Below are positions 47,339 to 55,560 of a DNA stretch of 64,000 nt, piece by piece. The notes under the pieces are model-generated. The model saw only the letters and a program-made list of their open reading frames with translations. It was not told the origin of the DNA and ran no database searches. The translations under genes were made by a program, and so were the position numbers. Origin of the DNA: a virus. Lineage: Duplodnaviria; Caudoviricetes. The stretch lies in the IMG/VR virus record IMGVR_UViG_2756170199_000004, positions 6,382 to 70,381 of that record; one strand, given 5' to 3'. Within the stretch, counting starts at the first letter, position 1; each line of letters opens with the position of its first letter.

Positions 47339-47362
47339 TCGGACGTATATCACCCATGTGGA
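47339..47362 (+). promoter_or_regulatory. Putative phage early promoter, copy 5
   Basis: TCGGACGTATAT-N7-GTGGA. Confidence 0.65.
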
Positions 47363-47481
47363 AGCCGGGCTGCATGCTGCCGGGTGACCACAGCAAAATA
47401 AACTGGACCGGCTTCTCCTATGAATGTCAGGCAGTTCAAGGAAAGGACATTCATCCGATTCACCAAAGGAGAAACTTGTAT

Positions 47482-47862
47482 ATGGCCGATTCAACAGACG
47501 GATCCCCGCGTCTGCACCGGTCGAGCTGGACAGAGGAAATCAGGAAGCTCGGAACCATTTCACTGAAGGGTCTGGGCATTTTATTGCAAGAGCCATTTTG
47601 CGGGAGAGAGGAGGCGCTCGACGAATTTATCAACTCGATTCGCTCGCAGATTCCATCAAAAAGGGACCTTGACTGGATAGACGAACACGCAGCTGCGTTC
47701 CGGGTTGATGTGATCAATCTGGTTCATTCGAAGCAAACCCTGAGCATCACCTTCCGAAGCCGTGTGATGAGTGCACACCATCCGCTCATCATCAACGTGT
47801 ATCTGGAGCACGATCAGACAATCCGTCCCGGATCGATGCTCGTGGTTTCAAAACTCCAATAA
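47482..47862 (+). CDS. Hypothetical early protein
   Basis: AAAGGAG RBS before ATG 47482; followed by a terminator. Confidence 0.65.
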   Translation: MADSTDGSPRLHRSSWTEEIRKLGTISLKGLGILLQEPFCGREEALDEFINSIRSQIPSKRDLDWIDEHAAAFRVDVINLVHSKQTLSITFRSRVMSAHHPLIINVYLEHDQTIRPGSMLVVSKLQ

Positions 47863-47871
47863 CCCACCCTG

Positions 47872-47904
47872 AAAAAGCCCGGCCACTTACTGGCTGGGCT
47901 TTTT
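47872..47904. terminator. Rho-independent terminator, possibly bidirectional
   Basis: AAAAAGCCCGGCCA-CTTAC-TGGCTGGGCTTTTT. Confidence 0.8.
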
Positions 47905-48004
47905 GCCATATGGCGCCCCGGAGTACGTCTACGCGACATACTGGTGGCCGCCATTTCCTTCAACACACAGCGTTCGCTTTCGTGATTTCGATGGAGGACT
48001 GGAG

Positions 48005-48394
48005 ATGACACCGCATGACGATGTTTATGCCCGCGCTGGCTCACTGGCGGGGCTGCTGGATAAGACGGTGAGCGGTTTGTGGTTCCTCAGGAACGAGCTC
48101 ACCGAATACATGGACGCCGAGGACATGTCGAAGCTTCTCCACCGTCTTGACGACGTGTACGAGCGGGCAGTCCGGTTGCAGAACGACGCCCGGCCGTTCA
48201 CGCCGTCATTCTGCTTCAGGCAGGACGAGGACGAGAAGTCGGTTGTGCATCTCCTGCTGCTGCTTCCAGGCGAACAGTTCCTTCCGGGACCGGTCGCAGC
48301 CGATCTGCGGATGAACGCGATGGTGGTTGGTGGCCGGATGGCCCTCTCGCTGGCAGTCGAGGCGCGAGGATACCCGGTTGCGAGCGCGCATTGA
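48005..48394 (+). CDS. Hypothetical protein
   Basis: GGAGG/GGAG RBS before ATG 48005. Confidence 0.6.
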   Translation: MTPHDDVYARAGSLAGLLDKTVSGLWFLRNELTEYMDAEDMSKLLHRLDDVYERAVRLQNDARPFTPSFCFRQDEDEKSVVHLLLLLPGEQFLPGPVAADLRMNAMVVGGRMALSLAVEARGYPVASAH

Positions 48395-48452
48395 CGAAAG
48401 ATAGGCGCACGAGATGACCTCGTGCGCCCGGTTGTCGCGGGAGAAGATTGCG

Positions 48453-49661
48453 ATGCCCATCCTTACCCGACAGTACTTTGCGACGAGCGGACAGTTTTCG
48501 GACGCGGTGATCAAGCAGATCACGCTGACGCTCGCGGACAACCAGGTCGTCAACACCGCTGTTCAGGCGGCCACCGCAGCGGTACAGGCGGCGAGTCCGG
48601 ACGCACAGATCGTGTACGGCACGTTTTCCTACCAGACGGTGGCGGGCCGGTGGGTACGACAGATCGACCTGCTCGTTGGACTGGCGTCTCCGCTGACGCA
48701 TTTCCGCTACGCGCTTCTGTTCAACATGAAAAACAACCTGGGGGACTACTACGTCGACGTTTCGACGATGCAGACGTTTGATCTCACGGATGCCGTTGTA
48801 GCCGTTCCCTTTACCGGGCCTCTCGATACGCTGCAGATCACACCGGTGGCGGCCTGGAGTCTGCGTCGCCTGACAGGACAATGGGCAGGCGCGGCTATTC
48901 GGGTCACTCGTGCCTCTGATGGCGCGCAGCAGGACATCGGGTTCACCGTGACGGGGGATCTCGATCTTGACGCGCTGGCAGCGTTTGCGGGGTCGGGAGA
49001 TGTCACGGTCAATACCTGGTATGACCAGAGCGGCAATGGGCATCACGTGAGCGCGCCGTCTGCCGCACAGCCCTTCATCGTACAGGCGGGTGTGCTGGTC
49101 ACGGTGGCGGGGCAGCCGGCAATCCGGTCGTACTCGTTTGACCCGAGCGGCAATTCGCAGACGCTGGCAGCGTCATTACCCTCGATCGTCACGAATACCT
49201 CGCCACTCTCGATGAGCGCGGTATTCAACTGCTCGGTTCAGCGCGCCATGGGCGTCGCTTATACGTTTATTCGCGCGATGTCGACCGGGCCGACGACTGG
49301 CCAATGGATGAGTTTCGTGACATCCAGCGCGATTGCGCAGCAGCGCATCATCGCGGCCTCCGTATCGAGCTATACAGTCAGCAGCACAAACAACCCGTCG
49401 ACGACCACTTTCAATAGTGCGAGTTTCAACATACGGGGCACTCTTCTGTCTCTGTGGCTTAACGACGTACTGTCCACGAGCACATCCGGTACATCCGGCG
49501 CTGGCACTCTCACCTCCATTACGCTGGGCGTGCCGTGGACGACAGGGACCGGTACTATTGGATCGATCATGACCGCGTATCTTGCCGAAGCGATATTGCT
49601 GCAGCCGGGCTACGAAGATGCCCTGTACGCAGATCAACAGGCCTACTGGAATTGCCCCTGA
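48453..49661 (+). CDS. GH54-like beta-sandwich protein with distinct N-terminal domain (fourth family copy)
   Basis: AAWSLRRLTGQWAGAAIRVTRASDGAQQDIGF...WYDQSGNG; ends ADQQAYWNCP. Confidence 0.7.
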   Translation: MPILTRQYFATSGQFSDAVIKQITLTLADNQVVNTAVQAATAAVQAASPDAQIVYGTFSYQTVAGRWVRQIDLLVGLASPLTHFRYALLFNMKNNLGDYYVDVSTMQTFDLTDAVVAVPFTGPLDTLQITPVAAWSLRRLTGQWAGAAIRVTRASDGAQQDIGFTVTGDLDLDALAAFAGSGDVTVNTWYDQSGNGHHVSAPSAAQPFIVQAGVLVTVAGQPAIRSYSFDPSGNSQTLAASLPSIVTNTSPLSMSAVFNCSVQRAMGVAYTFIRAMSTGPTTGQWMSFVTSSAIAQQRIIAASVSSYTVSSTNNPSTTTFNSASFNIRGTLLSLWLNDVLSTSTSGTSGAGTLTSITLGVPWTTGTGTIGSIMTAYLAEAILLQPGYEDALYADQQAYWNCP

Positions 49662-49699
49662 GTTTCGTTTGCGCCTGCTTCACGCGGTGCTTTCTTTTT

Positions 49700-51004
49700 T
49701 TACCCGTTGAAGATGCCACGCAGGCCCAGATAGTTGCAATATTTGGTGCCTCGTAGCGACCGCGCGGCTTCCTGCAGGGCCGGCCGCTGGAAAGCACGCA
49801 TCAGCAGCTTTGCGTAGGCTTCGATCCTGTCGCCAACGGCGACTACTTCGCGATCACGGCCATTGGCGGTCCCGGAGAGCTTCTGCAGAGCGTCGCCCAG
49901 TTTTGCTGAAGCGGTGGCGAATTTCGATTCCAGCGTGAGGAATTGCCTCACGTGGCCGCAGTAGGCGTCGGCCGCATCGAAGACTTCGCCGAGCTGCTGA
50001 ACCGAAAGCGTGATCTCCTTGCTGGACGACAGCGATGCGAGCTTTCCGTAGGTCCCGGCTGCCTGGGTGGCAACTTTCATGGCCTGATGACCAAGCCCGG
50101 TCTTCTCGACGACAAAGCCGCTGCGGCTTAGCTGATCGAGCCGGCTGGCCTGGTTCGTCGGCGCGCTGGCCACCACACTGGTCACGTTGAAGTATTTGCC
50201 GTTGCCCATGAACTGGGTGTCGAAGAGCTCGACCGGAGATTTGAGCGCTCCTATTTTTTTTGCCAGTGCATCAATTGCACCCTTATCCTGCGCGCTGCCT
50301 CCAGCGAGCACCAACGTCAGCTTCTCGATGGCCGCGATCACCTCCGCAGGATACTTTGTCAGCATGTACCTGGAACCCGCGAGGTCATTGGATAACGCTG
50401 CGGTCAGGTTCTGGGGCTGACCCTGCCCAGTCCTGAAGAAGTACCACAGGCCGTGGAGATTGATCTCGATCCGTGGCCGGAGTTTGCCCTTCTTCTGCTC
50501 AAATTCCGCCTTGTTATCATGCGTCTTGCCTTCGTACTTGGCGAGCTTGCCCTCGATCGATCTGAACGAATCGAGGATGATGTCTTTCATATGCTTGAAG
50601 TCGAGCACGGGGTCCTGGAAGAGGATGGTCTTGAGCGTCGTACCGATCCCCTCGAGTGCAATCTTCGCCTGTTCTCCGGCGCTCGCGTTGCCATAACTCT
50701 CGAGCGCGACACAGCTGAGGGGTTCGAGCCCGACGCAGCGAAGCTGCTGATTGACCCCCTTGACGATCAATGCCGTCACGGCGGGCGTCGCGGTCCCGTC
50801 CTGGATCATGGTCCGCAGCTGATCGTAGTAGTCGTAGATGGACTCGGCAGCCACGTCCATGGCGCCATCGTGTTCGAAATTGCCGTCGACTTCGTCAGCC
50901 AGACCGGCCAGGGCCTGGTCATCTCCTTCTGGAACGGAGTCATCCAGGGTTTCCTCGTTCTCGATCGGCTCATCGCATTCGAGCGACACGCGCAGCAGGC
51001 TCAC
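49700..51004 (-). CDS. Inner-head protein with processed propeptide
   Basis: Acidic N-terminus; SLE-C, AAE-S, ALE-S, ALE-G sites as in the 16.8-21.5 kb family. Confidence 0.7.
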   Translation of the reverse strand: MSLLRVSLECDEPIENEETLDDSVPEGDDQALAGLADEVDGNFEHDGAMDVAAESIYDYYDQLRTMIQDGTATPAVTALIVKGVNQQLRCVGLEPLSCVALESYGNASAGEQAKIALEGIGTTLKTILFQDPVLDFKHMKDIILDSFRSIEGKLAKYEGKTHDNKAEFEQKKGKLRPRIEINLHGLWYFFRTGQGQPQNLTAALSNDLAGSRYMLTKYPAEVIAAIEKLTLVLAGGSAQDKGAIDALAKKIGALKSPVELFDTQFMGNGKYFNVTSVVASAPTNQASRLDQLSRSGFVVEKTGLGHQAMKVATQAAGTYGKLASLSSSKEITLSVQQLGEVFDAADAYCGHVRQFLTLESKFATASAKLGDALQKLSGTANGRDREVVAVGDRIEAYAKLLMRAFQRPALQEAARSLRGTKYCNYLGLRGIFNG

Positions 51005-51088
51005 GGCTGTTCTCCTTGATCAGGAAATGGGAGCGCAACAGGGTCATCAAAGGATTTTCGCGGATGGCTGTGGCATCGGGAAACCAGG

Positions 51089-53185
51089 CTACAGGTTTGC
51101 CCACTGAAGCCAGCCAGGCGTGGCCGCGCTGCCAGGCTCCGTGGCCATGCGACTCAGAAAGGGGGCGATGGCTTCTTCGAGCTCCTCGTCTGCGATTGCC
51201 TCGAGGGCGACAGAATGGGCTGCGCGCCAGTTGCGCTCATGCAGCGATTCGGTGGCGATCAGCTGCTCGTTTTCGAAGCCAAGCAGCTCGTCGACCTGGG
51301 CGCGGCTCCACTGCATGATGTCGATCGTGCGTGAGGAGATGTTGGACGCGTCCCCGGTGTCGAGCACGACGTCGTTGACGTAGACGTTTTCGTCCTGCCC
51401 GAGGCGCTTGCAGCGTGCGACCGCCTGGTCGTACTCGAACGACCGGAACGGAGAATTGGCCATGACCATCGTGTTGGCCATGATGAGCGGCACGGCCGAC
51501 GAGAGCGACTGATAGGTCGCGATCATCGGATTGGCATCCTCGTCGCGACCGAACTCGTTGACCATGCCAGCGAGCTCGTTGTTGGTCTCGCCATAGACGC
51601 GCAACGGCCGGTAACCCCGCTGCCTGAGAAAGTCGGCAGCGGCATCCACCACACCCACATAGCTTGTGAACATCAGCGTCTTCTTCAGCGCCGTGTCGAT
51701 GATGTCTTCCAGGCCGATGTGCGGCACCATGTCGATGATGCACTGCGCGCGCTTGCGCCCAAGTATCTGGCCAAGGGCCTCGCCCTGCACTTTCAGCTTG
51801 TAGTATTTCACCACCGACTTCGCGTCCTTGAATTCCTGCCGCAGCGGCTTTGGCAGCGCGGGCATGATGACCTTCTTTTCATAGGTGCTCGCGAAGCGGA
51901 TCTCGTCCCTGAGTACCGCGGGGTCGAAATCCTTGCGGATGAGCTTGATAGCCTTTTCGTAATGGCGGAAGTTGCGCTTCTGGTCGTCGGTGACGAGCGC
52001 TTTCTCAAAGGCGTTGAGAGCGTTTTCGAACATGCGCTCGTACTGTCGCATGTTCGAAAGATAGTGCTTCGCCCGCTCCTCGATGAATTTTCGCATCTCC
52101 TCGCGGATGGTGGTCAGCGTGTAATTCTCGCCGTTGGGGATACGCACCTTCTTCTGGATGTGGACCAGCTCGACTTTCACCACGCTACCGCTGTCGACCT
52201 TGTAGGTCACCTTGCCCAGCCGATGGGCGAGGATGTCATTGGCGCGCTGCGAGGCCTTGCCATAGATCGCGGCAAAACGCTGCTGGGCATCCCGGTCAAA
52301 AAGCGGGTCGATGGTGCGAAAGAGAGGCGCCATCTCGCCGCCCAGCGCCTTGACTGGCGTGCCCGATTCCCAGACGATGTACTGGCTTTTTGTCAGCTCA
52401 CAGAGCTGGATGAAGAGCTGCGTGCGCAGCGACTCCATCTCGTTCATGCCATGAGACTCGTCCAGCAGGATCACGGGCTTGCGCCAGTGCTGGGTGCGCG
52501 CGAAGACGAGGAACTTCTCCTGCGCGTCGTAGTGCACGATGTAGTACCGCATGCGGGGTTCGGGCGGCTTGCCCATCTGGCTGTGCCAGTACGGCTGGGG
52601 GCGCTTGAACTGGGTAATGATCGTGTCTTCCCAGACCTTCTTCACGGCCCGGCCCGGGCAAACGACAATCACGACGTCGGCGTGCAGCTGCAGACCGAGC
52701 GCGAGGCCCATGAACGTCTTGCCGGTGCCTGGGCCCGCGCCGAGTAACGCGCCGTGCAGGTGAAAGCGCGGCACCATTTCATTGAACCACCGGAAGAAGC
52801 CCGTCTGGTGCTCCAGCGGGCTCCACTTCAGCTGGTCCAGCTGGGACGGGTCGAGGATGTCCGGGTGCTTCACGAGCGTATCTTTCATCCACGTCGACCC
52901 ATATATCCCTTCGACCACCTTCTTCAACGCCCGGATGTTGTGCCCCCGCCTCTTCTCCGCAATGATCCGGTTGAAGGCATAGACGACATCGGGCGCAAAG
53001 AAGCGGTTGAAGGCAATGTCGGCCGGACTGACGCGGCTGAACATGATGGTCGTGATCTTCTGTGTGCCCCAGACCTGTGCGATGGTTTTTGCGATTGAAT
53101 CTCCAGGCAGACCTGACACCTTGACCTGATCGCCCGATTCCTCGACACGCACCATGCCAAGCAGACGTCGCAAAGCGGAGAACAT
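51089..53185 (-). CDS. SNF2/DExH-family helicase of phiKZ-like phages
   Basis: Walker A GAGPGTGKT, Walker B LLDESH, SGTP, motif VI QAVARCKRLGQ. Confidence 0.85.
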   Translation of the reverse strand: MFSALRRLLGMVRVEESGDQVKVSGLPGDSIAKTIAQVWGTQKITTIMFSRVSPADIAFNRFFAPDVVYAFNRIIAEKRRGHNIRALKKVVEGIYGSTWMKDTLVKHPDILDPSQLDQLKWSPLEHQTGFFRWFNEMVPRFHLHGALLGAGPGTGKTFMGLALGLQLHADVVIVVCPGRAVKKVWEDTIITQFKRPQPYWHSQMGKPPEPRMRYYIVHYDAQEKFLVFARTQHWRKPVILLDESHGMNEMESLRTQLFIQLCELTKSQYIVWESGTPVKALGGEMAPLFRTIDPLFDRDAQQRFAAIYGKASQRANDILAHRLGKVTYKVDSGSVVKVELVHIQKKVRIPNGENYTLTTIREEMRKFIEERAKHYLSNMRQYERMFENALNAFEKALVTDDQKRNFRHYEKAIKLIRKDFDPAVLRDEIRFASTYEKKVIMPALPKPLRQEFKDAKSVVKYYKLKVQGEALGQILGRKRAQCIIDMVPHIGLEDIIDTALKKTLMFTSYVGVVDAAADFLRQRGYRPLRVYGETNNELAGMVNEFGRDEDANPMIATYQSLSSAVPLIMANTMVMANSPFRSFEYDQAVARCKRLGQDENVYVNDVVLDTGDASNISSRTIDIMQWSRAQVDELLGFENEQLIATESLHERNWRAAHSVALEAIADEELEEAIAPFLSRMATEPGSAATPGWLQWANL

Positions 53186-53211
53186 GCTGCGCTCCTGATC
53201 GATCCGGAATA

Positions 53212-54867
53212 TCAGCTGCCCTCCATCGAGAAGTCCCAGAAAGGCTTTTCTGTCCGGTGAGCGGTGGGGCCGTCGGCCGCGTCATGAGCGCTGCCAGAGG
53301 GCACGTCCGAGGCCATGCTGGAAGGCCGGCTCCCCGGATAGCGGCACGTGATCTCGGGGGCATCAATGTCAAAGGGAATGCCGTAGCGCGCGAACGGCAG
53401 CACGCAGTAAAGGTCCTTGGGGGAGGTCTGGCCAATGAGGCGGTGCTTGCCTCGCTGTACCGTGAGAAACGACTCGCCGTTGACGATCTCGATGTGGATG
53501 AACACCTCGAGGTCGACTTCCTGATCGATCTGCCGCGAGCCCTTGTAGTAACCCATGCCAGGCAGGTGCTTGACGAAATCAGTCGTGCCGTCCCGGTAGA
53601 GTTGCCGGGCGTCGCTGGAAAGCTGGTGCGGTGTGACGAACGCGATTTTCCTCACCGAACAGAAGTTGCGTATGCGCCGGTAAAGATCGAGCAGGTCCGT
53701 GCCAGCGGGACCCATCGTGCAGCCCGTAGTGGGTAGCATGGAAAGGTAATCCACCATGCACAGGTGGACCTCGTATCCCTCACTCTCGAGCTCGAGAATC
53801 TTGTTGCACAGGTCCCGGTAGGTCCAGTCCGAGGGATTCACGCGCATGAGGCGGATCTCGTAACCGTTCACGCGCAACCGGTCCTGCACGTAAGTCGCAA
53901 TCGGTGCAATGTAGGCCTCGAGCTCATCCTCCGACATCTTCTCGAAGTCCTGACGCCTTCTCGTGATGATTTCCGCTTCGCGTCCGTCGTGCGCCATCAG
54001 CACTTCGTACATGTACTGGAAATTCAGCTCCAGGTCGTCCTCGAACGAGATGCGAAGCAGCAGCGGGCGCCGGGCCGGATCAATCATCTCAGGCGTGTTG
54101 AAGAGCGCGACGCCGATGAAGATCGCAAGCGAGAACCCGGTCTTGAACCGGTGCTGCAGTGCCGGGATGACGACCTCCTGCCCGCGGCGCAGGCCACCGC
54201 GCAGCATGCGATTTACCGCCTGCCACCCGGTTCTCATGAGACTCCTGCCGCTCTCGGCCTTCTTCACCTCGCGGAAGATGCGCTTGATTTCCTCCACGCG
54301 GGAAAAGTCCACCTCGGAAACGACGGCTGGATCCTTTGCTTCCGCGTCGACCTGATACGGTTCGAGCTCGGTGCACACCTGCGAGACGAAGTCCTTCATG
54401 CTCGTAACTTCGGTGCGGTTGAAGCGCAGCTTGTTGGCCGCATGGTTGATGATCTGCTGGATCTTCTCCTCGCGGAAATACTCGTTGATTGCGCGTCGCA
54501 GGTTCAGTGCCGTCCGCCTCAACCGGTTCTCACCGAGCTCCGGGCTGATGCCGTCGACGAGGGACGTGTACAGGTTGTCGTCCTCTGCGCAGTCGACCTT
54601 CAGCTGTTGCAGGATCTCGACGGTTTCGTGTTCGTGATCGGCCGGCGCCTCGCACATCGAGAGTGCGGTTTTCCTGAGCGCCCGTATGACTTCGCGGTCA
54701 TGTTCGAGCCCGATCGAATGTTGGGGCTCCCTGATTTCGGCAAGCACGTTCCTCACGAGCTGCGCGGAATTTTCCTGTGCACCAGACAGTTGGCTCTCGC
54801 GAAACAAAAGCGTGATGCACTTCACGAGCATCAGTTTGTCGTTCATGTCGGTGAATAGTGTGAACAT
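53212..54867 (-). CDS. DnaB-like replicative helicase (gp118-like)
   Basis: TGWQAVNRML.GG, degenerate Walker A ALQHRFKT, Walker B MVDYL, VTPHQLS, QEVDLE, VQRGKHR; start 54846/54867/54891 uncertain. Confidence 0.85.
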   Translation of the reverse strand: MFTLFTDMNDKLMLVKCITLLFRESQLSGAQENSAQLVRNVLAEIREPQHSIGLEHDREVIRALRKTALSMCEAPADHEHETVEILQQLKVDCAEDDNLYTSLVDGISPELGENRLRRTALNLRRAINEYFREEKIQQIINHAANKLRFNRTEVTSMKDFVSQVCTELEPYQVDAEAKDPAVVSEVDFSRVEEIKRIFREVKKAESGRSLMRTGWQAVNRMLRGGLRRGQEVVIPALQHRFKTGFSLAIFIGVALFNTPEMIDPARRPLLLRISFEDDLELNFQYMYEVLMAHDGREAEIITRRRQDFEKMSEDELEAYIAPIATYVQDRLRVNGYEIRLMRVNPSDWTYRDLCNKILELESEGYEVHLCMVDYLSMLPTTGCTMGPAGTDLLDLYRRIRNFCSVRKIAFVTPHQLSSDARQLYRDGTTDFVKHLPGMGYYKGSRQIDQEVDLEVFIHIEIVNGESFLTVQRGKHRLIGQTSPKDLYCVLPFARYGIPFDIDAPEITCRYPGSRPSSMASDVPSGSAHDAADGPTAHRTEKPFWDFSMEGS

Positions 54868-54977
54868 CGTTTCCCGTCCATATGAAAGCAACGGGAACTG
54901 TTTTTTTTGGACTGTTCACTTTGCGGAGCCTAAAACACGTGAGCGCTTCAAGCCCAGCCGGTTCATTGAAAGAGGTC

Positions 54978-55511
54978 GTGCTCATTCCCCACTGGGTGCA
55001 TGAAGCACTGGCCCGCCAGAAACTGCCGCTGTCGGAGTGTCTGAATTTCGCGGTGCTGCGCACGATGTCGAGCGTGAACGATCTGGCCTGCTTCTACGGC
55101 CTGCAGCACTACATCGAGGAACTGGTCTACGCGTGCGGGACGCTCGAACGCTGCTGGGAAGGAACGGCTTCGGATAGTGAAGACCGCGTGCTGCTCACGC
55201 AAACAATTCTTCCTCTGGCGGCCCATCTACAGGCGAGCGGTGAGATCGACTCGCGCCTGTTCAGCCCACAGGCGCGCCTACCGTGGCACGACGAGCCATT
55301 CAGCATTCACGACATCACAAGGGAGGTAGGGGGTGTAGTGATTTACCCGGGCTTCTTCGTTGAAGAGGGCAAACCCAACACGTATCGGGAGCAGCTGGTC
55401 AAAGGACTTCTGAAACTATTGTATGCGTATAACGCCTCGCACGAGGTTTCGGGCACGCGTCTTTTCCGGCACTACCTCGACATGTTATCTGGCAGGCAGC
55501 TGAGCGTCTGA
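54978..55511 (+). CDS. Conserved protein upstream of the major capsid gene (gp119-like)
   Basis: GAGG RBS + GTG; synteny between DnaB and MCP. Confidence 0.6.
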   Translation: MLIPHWVHEALARQKLPLSECLNFAVLRTMSSVNDLACFYGLQHYIEELVYACGTLERCWEGTASDSEDRVLLTQTILPLAAHLQASGEIDSRLFSPQARLPWHDEPFSIHDITREVGGVVIYPGFFVEEGKPNTYREQLVKGLLKLLYAYNASHEVSGTRLFRHYLDMLSGRQLSV

Positions 55512-55560
55512 GCCGTCCCGTCCCGGTAGTCCTTGCTAACCAAGATATTCAGGATTCCAG

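Noticed and set aside
32860-49658. Diversity-generating retroelement explanation for the repeated adhesin domains
   Set aside because: Copies differ throughout, largely at synonymous sites rather than only at adenines, and no reverse transcriptase is present
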